A DNA stretch of 64,000 nt. Source: an uncultured bacterium. Its GTDB lineage: Bacteria > Acidobacteriota > JAQAZP01. Where the stretch lies: positions 828-64,827 of the forward strand of contig CBESOE010000009.1 in assembly GCA_965531145.1 (NCBI GenBank), read 5' to 3'. Under the pieces are notes generated by a model, which saw only the letters and a program-made list of their open reading frames with translations, searched no databases and was not told the DNA's origin. Position numbers and translations under genes: made by a program. Below are positions 36,205 to 44,151 of this stretch, in pieces; positions within the stretch are counted from its first letter, which is position 1, and the number at the start of each line of letters is the position of its first letter.

Positions 36205-37320
36205 ATGATGGACCCGCGATACACAGCTCTGGCCGCCACCCTGGTGGGCCACTCAACCCGGCTGCAGGCCGGGGAAAAGATCCTTGTGGAAGCCGTGGAC
36301 GTGGACCAGGAGCTGGTGGTGGCCCTGGTCCGGGAGATCCACCGGGTGGGCGGCATACCGCTGGTCAGCATCAAGCAGAACCGGGTGCTGGGCGAACTCT
36401 ACCGCGGCGCCACCCGGGAGAGCATGACGGCGTCGGCGGCCAGCGAGGCATCCCGCATGCGCGGTGTGGACGCCTACATCGGTATCCGCGGCAGTCTCAA
36501 CATCTGTGAATACAGCGACATCGATCCCCAGCGGCTGGAGGTCCAGCGGAAATACTGGTACCAGCCGGTGCACGCCGAGATCCGGGTGCCCCGCACCCGC
36601 TGGGTGATCCTCCACTTCCCCACCCCCTCCATGGCCCAGCTGGCCGAGATGAGCACCGAGGCCTTCGAGGAGTTCTTCTACCGCGTCTGCACCGCTGACT
36701 ACGCCCGGATGTCCACGGCCATGGACCCGCTGAAACAACTGATGGAGGCCACCGACCGGGTGCGGATCACCGGCCCGGGCACCGACCTGCACTTTTCCAT
36801 CAAGGGGATACCGGCGGTGAAGTGCGACGGGGACCGCAACATCCCGGACGGGGAACTGTTCACCGCCCCCCGCCTGGACACCGTGGAAGGTGAGATCCTG
36901 TTCAACACCCGAACTATCTACCAGGGAACCACCTTCGACCAAATCCGCCTGAGCTTCGAGGGGGGGCGGGTCACCAGCGCCGAGGCGGACAAGAACGGCC
37001 GGCTGAACCGGATCCTCGACACCGACGAAGGGGCCCGGCGGGTGGGCGAGTTTTCGCTCAGCTTCAACCCGCACATCACCCGCCCCATGCTGGACATCCT
37101 CTTTGACGAGAAAATCGCCGGGGCCCTGCACCTGGCCCTCGGATCGGCCTACGATGATGCTGACAACGGGAACCGGTCGGGTATCCACTGGGACCTGATC
37201 CAGATCCAGACCCCGGAGGCCGGCGGCGGCCAGGTCTGGTTTGACGGGAAACTGGTGCGGGATGACGGCCGGTTCCTGCTGCCCGAGCTGGAGGGGTTGA
37301 ACCCGGAAAACCTGGCCTAG
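36205..37320 (+). CDS. M29 family aminopeptidase (AmpS/aminopeptidase T-like).
   Basis: GAGGA RBS 8 nt before ATG 36205. M29 signatures ...DGELFTAP...EGARRVGEFSLSFNP...GIHWDLI. The ORF-track N-terminal extension from 35731 is antisense to the M14 gene and was rejected. Confidence 0.85.
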   Translation: MMDPRYTALAATLVGHSTRLQAGEKILVEAVDVDQELVVALVREIHRVGGIPLVSIKQNRVLGELYRGATRESMTASAASEASRMRGVDAYIGIRGSLNICEYSDIDPQRLEVQRKYWYQPVHAEIRVPRTRWVILHFPTPSMAQLAEMSTEAFEEFFYRVCTADYARMSTAMDPLKQLMEATDRVRITGPGTDLHFSIKGIPAVKCDGDRNIPDGELFTAPRLDTVEGEILFNTRTIYQGTTFDQIRLSFEGGRVTSAEADKNGRLNRILDTDEGARRVGEFSLSFNPHITRPMLDILFDEKIAGALHLALGSAYDDADNGNRSGIHWDLIQIQTPEAGGGQVWFDGKLVRDDGRFLLPELEGLNPENLA

Positions 37321-37341
37321 CACCTGGGAGGGAATGGAACG

Positions 37342-37557
37342 ATGAAGATTCGCATCGAATACTGCGGCGAGTGAAACTACGAACCGAAAGCCGACGGTCT
37401 GTCGGCTGAAATCAAGGCGGAGCTGGATGCGGAGATCACCCTTGTCCGCTCATCGGGCGGGGTGTTCGAGATTTTCCGGGACAACGACCTCATTTTCTCC
37501 AAGAAACGCCTGGGCCGCTTCCCCGAGCCCGGAGAAATCGTCGATCTGCTTTGCTGA
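37342..37557 (+). CDS. SelW-like (Rdx family) selenoprotein; in-frame TGA at 37372-37374 read as selenocysteine.
   Basis: GGGAGGG RBS 9 nt upstream. Translation MKIRIEYCGE-U-NYEPKADGLSAEIKAELDAEITLVRSSGGVFEIFRDNDLIFSKKRLGRFPEPGEIVDLLC with CxxU motif and SelW/Rdx core. Hairpin 14 nt after the UGA. Not in the ORF track because of the TGA. Confidence 0.8.
37389..37407 (+). promoter_or_regulatory. Candidate bacterial SECIS hairpin.
   Basis: AGCCGAC-GGUCU-GUCGGCU: 7-bp stem with a GGUCU loop, starting 14 nt 3' of the UGA. Confidence 0.5.
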
Positions 37558-37574
37558 TCATGCGAGTTGCTGCC

Positions 37575-37615
37575 CCGTGAAAATGAATGGTGCCTAGCAC
37601 CATTCATTTTCACGG
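37575..37615. terminator. Perfect 19-bp palindrome. It is a probable bidirectional terminator between selW-like (+) and osmC-like (-).
   Basis: CCGTGAAAATGAATGGTGC-cta-GCACCATTCATTTTCACGG. Confidence 0.6.
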
Positions 37616-37620
37616 CAGTG

Positions 37621-38040
37621 TCAGCGGGCGGGCCGGATCTCGAATGAGGTCTCGATGGTGGTGTGGTCCCGCAGCATGGCGGCCACGGCACAGTATTTCT
37701 CCTCGGAGAGCTCGATGGCCCGGGCCACGTCTTTCTCCTTGATGCCGTCCCCGTAAAAGATGAACTTGACCTTGATGTTCTGGAAGGTCTTGGGGTGTTC
37801 CTCGGCCCTGTCGGCCTCCATTTCCACTTCGAAGTCGTCCAGCTTGACCCGTTTTTTGGCCAGAATGCTCAGCACATCCATGCTGGTGCAGCCGCCAAGA
37901 CCGATGAGCACCAGCTCCATCGGTCCGGTGGCGGCGGCATGGCCCCCGAGTTTCGGTGAGGTGTCCATGGGCACCCAGTGCCCCGAGTCGGCCTTGCCCA
38001 GCAGCCCTATCGATCCAAATCGCTTCAGTGTCGCTTTCAT
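37621..38040 (-). CDS. OsmC/Ohr family peroxiredoxin-like protein.
   Basis: GHWVPMDTSPKLGG...ELVLIGLGGCTSMDVLSILAK...EEKYCAVAAMLR: the two conserved Cys of OsmC. Confidence 0.85.
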   Translation of the reverse strand: MKATLKRFGSIGLLGKADSGHWVPMDTSPKLGGHAAATGPMELVLIGLGGCTSMDVLSILAKKRVKLDDFEVEMEADRAEEHPKTFQNIKVKFIFYGDGIKEKDVARAIELSEEKYCAVAAMLRDHTTIETSFEIRPAR

Positions 38041-38157
38041 CCGTTTTCCTTTGTCTTTGTCCCGCGGTCATTGTGCCGCCGGTTCGTTTGGCGGACAGCC
38101 TGGTGAAAAGAGGGACATTGTAGCAGGAATCGAGTGATTTTCGCAGGGAGGATCCGC

Positions 38158-40245
38158 TCACTGCACCGCGTGTAGTTTGCTGGTGGCCGCCGCGGCGTGG
38201 GTTCCCTCGGGCTCCAGCTCGAGGTAGCGGCGCCAGTGACCGGCCGCCTCGCTGGTGCGCCCCGCCGCGTGGCAGCAGGCGGCCAGGCCGTAGTGGGCGT
38301 CGGCGTAGTCGGGGTTCAGTTCCAGCGCCCGGCGGTAGGAGGCTTCGGCCCGGGCCAGGTCGCCCTTGCGGCTGGCCGCCATGCCGAGGTTGAAGTGCGC
38401 GCGCTCCATGGCCGGATCCAGCTCGGCAGCATGGCGGAAGACCGAGATCGACTTGTCCACCAGCCCTGAGCGGAAGAGGGCTTCGCCATAGTCGAGCTGG
38501 AACAGCGCGTTCTGCGGGGAAAGGCTCACCGCCCGGGAGAGGTACTCCACCGCCTCGGGGTAGCGCTCCTGGCGGAGGCAGATCACCCCCAGGTTGTAGT
38601 GCGTCTCCTCGGCGCCGGGGTTGTAGCGCAGGGCGTGAAGGTAATGCTCCTCGGCCTCCCCGTCCCGCCCCAGCAGCTGCAGCAGGAACCCGGTCTTGAA
38701 ACGGACGTTGTGCCCGCCGGGTGACTCGGCCAGGATCTCGAGATAGACCTCCAGGGCCTCCTCGTAGCGTTCCAGCTGGGTCAGGGTGGCCCCGAGAAAC
38801 ATCTTCGGCTCCAGGTGCACCATCTCCTTGGGATCGGGGGCCGGCCCGAAGAGGTCCGAGTCCCCCGGGCCGCCGTCGCCGGTGACATAGCCCAGGGCCA
38901 GCAGCTTCTCCCGTGTCTCGGCATCCGCCGTGCTGGTCGCCGCCGGTGCAGTGGCGGCGATGGCGGAGAGGTCCACGAGCTGTCGTTCCAGATGGGTGGC
39001 CATCTCCTTTCCCCGGTCATTCCAGCGCCCGTCGGCATGGAGCAGCAGGTTGTCCAGCTCGGCGGGGTCGGCGGCCAGGTCGTAGAGTTCGGGGATCGGC
39101 GCCTCGATGTACTTCTGGCCGTCGGCGATGATGGCCGTGAGTTCGCTCCAGCCGTAGTTATAGCGCGGGTGCCAGGTCTCCATGTAGAGCAGCGATTCCC
39201 CGCCCTCCGACCCGCGGCCACGCACCGCCCCGGCAAAACTGCGGCCCTGGACCTGCTCCCGCAGACTGCCGGCGCCATCGCCTCCGGCGGGCAGGCCCAG
39301 CAGGTCGAGCATGGTGGGCACCAGGTCGGCCAGGTGTGCCGGCTCGCTGTATAGCGCCCCCGGCACAACGGTCCCCGGCAGGTTGAGGATCAGCGGCACG
39401 CGGGTGGCGCTCTCGTAAATGAACAGGCCGTGGGTGTCTTCTCCATGCTCACCGAGGCACTGCCCGTGGTCGGCCACCACCACCAGCAGCGTCTCCTGCT
39501 CGAGGCCCAGCCGCCGCAGTTGAGCCAGTACCCGCCCCAGCTGGTGGTCGCTGAAGGCGATCTCGCCGTCGTAGAGATCATCACCGAAACGGGTGGCAAA
39601 AGGTTCGGGCGGCAGGTAATCCTGGTGCGGGTCGAAGAGGTGCAGCCAGGCAAAGAAGGGCCGGTCATCCCCGTCCTGCTCCAGCCAGCTGATCAGCCGG
39701 CCGCAGGTTTCATCGGCACGCCGCTCGGCCATGAAGCCGAAGCGGGCCATGGGATCGCGGTCGGGCAACTGGTCGTCGTAGGTCTGGAACCCCTGGGCCA
39801 GGCCGAACCGATGGTCGAGGACAAAGGCGGAGACAAAGGCGCCGGTGCGGTAGCCGGCAGCCCCCAGCATCTCGGCCAGAGTATGGCGGTCCTCGGCCAG
39901 GGTGAAGACCCCGTTGGAGCGCACGCCGTGGCCCGGCGGGTAGCTGCCGGTGAGGATGGTGGCGTGGGAGGGCAGGGTCACCGGCGTGGGGGCCGAGACC
40001 CGGGGCAGCACAACACCCCGGGAGGCCAGCCGGTCGATCACCGGGGTCATGGCCCGGGAGCGGCCGTAGCAGCCCAGACGGTCGGCCCGCACGGTGTCCA
40101 GGGTCACCAGCAGCAGATTGGGACCGTCATGGACCGCTGGAACCGTGGCGGACTGCTGCTCCTCCCCGCCCGGCCCGCCGCAAGCAGAGGCGGCCAGGGC
40201 GAGGAGGGCCGGCAGGAGAAGGCGAATGGTGAACCGTCTGTTCAT
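38158..40245 (-). CDS. Lipoprotein with an alkaline-phosphatase-superfamily sulfatase-like domain (Thr nucleophile) fused to C-terminal TPR repeats.
   Basis: Lipobox LAASAC. LLVTLDTVRADRLGCYG nucleophile motif (T, not C/S-x-P-x-R). C-terminal 7 TPR units. Confidence 0.8.
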   Translation of the reverse strand: MNRRFTIRLLLPALLALAASACGGPGGEEQQSATVPAVHDGPNLLLVTLDTVRADRLGCYGRSRAMTPVIDRLASRGVVLPRVSAPTPVTLPSHATILTGSYPPGHGVRSNGVFTLAEDRHTLAEMLGAAGYRTGAFVSAFVLDHRFGLAQGFQTYDDQLPDRDPMARFGFMAERRADETCGRLISWLEQDGDDRPFFAWLHLFDPHQDYLPPEPFATRFGDDLYDGEIAFSDHQLGRVLAQLRRLGLEQETLLVVVADHGQCLGEHGEDTHGLFIYESATRVPLILNLPGTVVPGALYSEPAHLADLVPTMLDLLGLPAGGDGAGSLREQVQGRSFAGAVRGRGSEGGESLLYMETWHPRYNYGWSELTAIIADGQKYIEAPIPELYDLAADPAELDNLLLHADGRWNDRGKEMATHLERQLVDLSAIAATAPAATSTADAETREKLLALGYVTGDGGPGDSDLFGPAPDPKEMVHLEPKMFLGATLTQLERYEEALEVYLEILAESPGGHNVRFKTGFLLQLLGRDGEAEEHYLHALRYNPGAEETHYNLGVICLRQERYPEAVEYLSRAVSLSPQNALFQLDYGEALFRSGLVDKSISVFRHAAELDPAMERAHFNLGMAASRKGDLARAEASYRRALELNPDYADAHYGLAACCHAAGRTSEAAGHWRRYLELEPEGTHAAAATSKLHAVQ

Positions 40246-40278
40246 CCGATCTGTACTTCGCCTCCTCCGTCACACCGC

Positions 40279-42936
40279 TCAGGGCGAGGTCGCCGTGATG
40301 GTGCAGGTGTCGGTGTCGGTGTCGCCCGCCGGTACGAAGGGCGGCTGGTTATACGGCGCCGGGGTCACATCGGCACCGAGAATGGTAAACAGGCTCTGTC
40401 CCACCATCGACCCCAGGCCCGGGAAGTTCTGGTTCCAGCAGGTGTTGTAGGTCTCGTCCGGGCTGAGGTTGGTCCAGCCGGCGCGCCAGTTGGGGTAGAC
40501 CGTGGTATTGGGCAGTTCAAAGGTGATCGAGGCCGCCATCCGCCGGTTCTCGTCGGTGAGGTTGGTCAACCCCACACAGAACTGGGAAGCGAAAGGCAGG
40601 GTGCCGTTGTCGGGCAGACAGCTCATGCTCACCGCCAGAGTGTCGGTGGGCGGCGGCGTGTCCGATTCGCCGGTGACCCGCACGTCGTCCACATACCAGC
40701 CATCAGCCCCCACCGATGAGTCGCAGGCCAGCCGGAAGCGGATGCTGGTGTTGACGCCGCTGAAGGAACCGAGGTCAGCCACCACCTGGGTCATGGTGGA
40801 CCCGCTGTTGCCGGACCAGGCGCTCTGGCCGCCGATGGGGCTGCTGTAGCCGGTGGAGATTGTGTCGCTATATCCGCCCTGGGTGATGTGCGGTCCGAGG
40901 TCGGCCCAGCTGGACCCGCCATCGGTGGAGATCTCGATCACGCAGCCGTCATACCCGCCTTCCATGTCGTAGCGGTGCCAGAAGGTCAGTTCGCCGTTCA
41001 GCTCGAGGTTCACCGGGTCGGTGACCAGGTAGTCGTCCTTGAGCTCATCGGCGTCGGTGCTGAACCAGCTGCGGGTGGGGCTGTGCGAACTGCCCTCGGT
41101 GACGATGGCCCAGTCATCGGTGCCCTGGCCCGCGCTGTGCGTCCAGAGGCCGTCACCGCCTTCCATCTCGTCCCAGAAGAGGTCGCCGCTGATGGTCAGA
41201 CTGAAGCTGTCGGTGTCGGAGAGGCCTCCGTCACCGTTGATGTTCAGGGTGAAGGTCACCCCGTGCAGTTCCGGGGTGGAGGGCGAGATATCGATGGTGT
41301 AGTCAGTGTTAGAGGTACCGGTGCCCGACTGGGGAATGCTGGGATAGGTCGAGCTGTTCTGGGTCACGGTGATGTAGGAGTCGCTCTCGCTGAGCAGGGC
41401 GCTGACCCCGGTGGCGGTGCCGATGCCATTGTTCTCAAGGGTCACGGTGAGGTCCACGGTCTCGCCCGGTTCGGGGATGCCGTTGCCGTTGCCGCCGGCC
41501 GTATCGTCCAGGGCCACGGAATAGAAGTCGAGGTTCGGCTCGGCGGCCATGGCCACCAGCTGCACGTCGCGCACGGTCTCGGCTTCCCAGGTCACCGGCA
41601 CGTTGGTCAGGGTCTGGTCGATATAGCCCGGGGCCGAAAAGGTCACGTCATAGCTGCCGGTGTAGAGCGGCCGGACGTAGTTGCCGTGGTCCGGATCGGT
41701 GTGCACCGGTCTGTTCATGGTGATGCCGGCCACGTTGATGTCGGCGGCCAGCGGCAGACCGCTCACCGAGTCGGTGACCGTGCCGGTGATCCCCTTGCCG
41801 GCCAGGTCGAACCAGTAAAGCATGGAATCGCGGTTCTCGTCCCAGAAGTCGGCCAGTTCGGACGCTGGCGGGTTCTTGTCATTGGAGACCTCGATGGTCA
41901 CCGCCATGTCGGCGTACCACCAGTAAGCCCAGTCCTGGATACCGCCGTAAATCAGGTACCACACCACACCGCGCACCACGCCGTCGGTGAATGAAGAGCT
42001 GTTGTACATCGGCAGGTTTCGCGAGGAGTAACCGATGGACATATTGTAAAAGAAGGTGTCGTCCGGGCAGTAGTCCCAGGTGCAGTCGTAGGGGTAATTG
42101 CACACCAGTGCGCCGCCGTGGTAGCTCCCGGAGATGATGAAGTTGTGGTCCAGCTGCCAGTTCATCATCAATTGGACCTCGGTGGGCCGACCAGCGGGGC
42201 TGTTGTCCGGGTCATCGATGAAATCCGGGAAAGTGCGGTTGAGATCAGAACCCTGGCCGTTGTAGCGGGTGCCCGCGACGTAGCCGTCGGGGTTCATCAG
42301 CGGCATGAGGAAAATCTCGCGGTTGTCCACCAGGTCGGTGATGGTCGGGTCCGACCCGTAGTTCACCAGCAGGTGTTCGACCATGTTGAGGCAGAGCACC
42401 ATGCCGGTGATCTCGTCGCCGTGCATGCTGGAGACGAACCTGACCTCCGGCTCGGATTCTTCCACGCCGGCGTTATCGCTGATCTTGGCCACCCAGAGGT
42501 TGCGGCCGTTGGTGGACTGGCCGATGCTGAAGACTTCGCACAGGCCGGGATAGGTGGTCTCCATGCTCTGCAGCCAGGTTTCCATTTCGCTGAAGGTGGG
42601 GTAGCTGGTCCACTCGCGTCCCGGTGAAGGGATGAACCCCTGCCGGCCGATGGTCTCCAGGTATTCCTTGCTGGTATCGACGATGGGATAGACGGTGAAG
42701 CCCTCACTCAGCACCTCCAGCCGCTCCTTGGCCACCAGATACGCTTCGGCGTATTGCCCGGGCCGCACGGTGGTGATGTCGAGGTTCATCTTCACCAGCC
42801 GATCCACCGAAGAAGAGTCGGTGATGTCGATGCGCACCAGCACCGGTTCCTCGGCCGCAGCCGTGGGGGGAACGAATCCGGTGAGCACCAGTACCAGCAC
42901 ACTTGTCATCACAATGAAAAAACGATAGCCGCGCAT
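40279..42936 (-). CDS. Large secreted multidomain M14 carboxypeptidase (CPD-like catalytic domain with beta-sandwich/CARDB-like domains). It carries a ~115-aa C-terminal domain shared with the 62911.. protein.
   Basis: AAGGAG RBS. Signal peptide. SMHGDEITG...NPDGY...SYHGGALV M14B motifs. The C-terminal domain is TLPFASQFCVGLTNLTDENRRMAASI...AGWTNLSPDETYNTCWNQNFPGLGS...DVTPAPYNQPPFVPAGDTDTDTC. Confidence 0.85.
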   Translation of the reverse strand: MRGYRFFIVMTSVLVLVLTGFVPPTAAAEEPVLVRIDITDSSSVDRLVKMNLDITTVRPGQYAEAYLVAKERLEVLSEGFTVYPIVDTSKEYLETIGRQGFIPSPGREWTSYPTFSEMETWLQSMETTYPGLCEVFSIGQSTNGRNLWVAKISDNAGVEESEPEVRFVSSMHGDEITGMVLCLNMVEHLLVNYGSDPTITDLVDNREIFLMPLMNPDGYVAGTRYNGQGSDLNRTFPDFIDDPDNSPAGRPTEVQLMMNWQLDHNFIISGSYHGGALVCNYPYDCTWDYCPDDTFFYNMSIGYSSRNLPMYNSSSFTDGVVRGVVWYLIYGGIQDWAYWWYADMAVTIEVSNDKNPPASELADFWDENRDSMLYWFDLAGKGITGTVTDSVSGLPLAADINVAGITMNRPVHTDPDHGNYVRPLYTGSYDVTFSAPGYIDQTLTNVPVTWEAETVRDVQLVAMAAEPNLDFYSVALDDTAGGNGNGIPEPGETVDLTVTLENNGIGTATGVSALLSESDSYITVTQNSSTYPSIPQSGTGTSNTDYTIDISPSTPELHGVTFTLNINGDGGLSDTDSFSLTISGDLFWDEMEGGDGLWTHSAGQGTDDWAIVTEGSSHSPTRSWFSTDADELKDDYLVTDPVNLELNGELTFWHRYDMEGGYDGCVIEISTDGGSSWADLGPHITQGGYSDTISTGYSSPIGGQSAWSGNSGSTMTQVVADLGSFSGVNTSIRFRLACDSSVGADGWYVDDVRVTGESDTPPPTDTLAVSMSCLPDNGTLPFASQFCVGLTNLTDENRRMAASITFELPNTTVYPNWRAGWTNLSPDETYNTCWNQNFPGLGSMVGQSLFTILGADVTPAPYNQPPFVPAGDTDTDTCTITATSP

Positions 42937-43346
42937 GAAAGAACTCCTTGTTGCAAGCCGGATAATAGTATAACCGGAGGATAACCGGAGGGAACCACTG
43001 CAGGATCATCGCGGGTCATCAACGGGATGGCCGGATACCGCTCGCCGCCGACAGCCCCGGACGGGCTCCACCGCTCAGCGTGGAATCAGGAGATACTGCT
43101 CTGGGATACCCTTCGTACTTCCCCTCTCTGCGGTCCTGCCGCTACCAACCCATCCCCTTGATATTCACATTTTGTACCAGAAAGTGACGGGAATGACAAG
43201 GTTCCTTCAGTGATGACAACTATTGCTTACACCTCAGGGCCTGAGGCTGTTGCAGGTATCACCGGTTTCTCTAAAACGGCCTGAAAAGTCCCCCCAAATG
43301 GTGGGGTTGGGCACATTTTTACTCAATAACGACAATCAAATTCATA

Positions 43347-43375
43347 TTGACGGCGGACCAACCAGTGATTATCAT
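43347..43375 (+). promoter_or_regulatory. Sigma-70-type promoter for the HEAT-repeat gene.
   Basis: TTGACG (43347-43352), 17-nt spacer, TATCAT (43370-43375). Confidence 0.45.
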
Positions 43376-43419
43376 CAAGGAAAATAATGAGTTGCCGGAT
43401 CATCACCGAGGAGAAATCA

Positions 43420-44124
43420 ATGAAATTGACGAGATCGACGGGAGGGATTCCTGTCCTGTGCCTCTGCCTCTGTCTGACCGTTTCACTCACCGCCGCGGCC
43501 GACCAGATCGCCAAGGGCGACAAGGCACTGCGGGCCGGAGACACCGCCGGGGCCATCGCCGCCTACCAGAAGGCACTGAACAGCCGCAAGGCCGACGTGC
43601 GCGAGGACGCCATCGACCGTCTGGCCCGGGTTGGCGGTCCGGAGGCCACCACCGCCCTGGCCCAGGCATTGAAGGACCCGGAACCGGACGTGGTGGAGGC
43701 CGCCGCCGAAGCCCTGATGATGGTCCGCGACCCGGCGGCGGTCCAGGCGCTCACCGACGCGCTGAACTTCCCGCTGACCGATGACAAGGCCAAACGCAAG
43801 ATCGTTCGTGCCCTGGGGCAGATCGGCGGCCCCGGCAGCGCCGCCGCAGTGGTACCGCTGCTCACCAGCCCGGACAAGAAACTGCGCCGGGAGGCGGCCC
43901 AGGCTCTAGCCCTGGTGGGCACCCAGGCCGATATGCCGGCTCTGGAAGCGGCAGCCAATGACATGGACTCGGAGGTCCGCATGGCCGTTCAGCAGGCCAT
44001 GGCCCAGGCCAAAACCAGGCCCGCGCCCCCGCCGGGGGTTCCGGCCGCCACCGGGGAATCCACGCCGGCCACCGATGCCCCCGCACCGCCGTCTGCCGAC
44101 GAGCCGGCGGAGGATGGTAAATAG
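43420..44124 (+). CDS. Secreted HEAT/PBS-lyase-type repeat protein.
   Basis: GAGGAG RBS. Signal peptide MKLTRSTGGIPVLCLCLCLTVSLTAAAD. Repeated ...VRE/A-AI-ALG-IG pattern (DVREDAIDRLARVGGPEA, DVVEAAAEALMMVRDPAA, RKIVRALGQIGGPGS, RREAAQALALVGTQAD, EVRMAVQQAMAQ). Confidence 0.7.
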   Translation: MKLTRSTGGIPVLCLCLCLTVSLTAAADQIAKGDKALRAGDTAGAIAAYQKALNSRKADVREDAIDRLARVGGPEATTALAQALKDPEPDVVEAAAEALMMVRDPAAVQALTDALNFPLTDDKAKRKIVRALGQIGGPGSAAAVVPLLTSPDKKLRREAAQALALVGTQADMPALEAAANDMDSEVRMAVQQAMAQAKTRPAPPPGVPAATGESTPATDAPAPPSADEPAEDGK

Positions 44125-44151
44125 CGTCAACCAGTGCGGGGAGCGGTCAGC

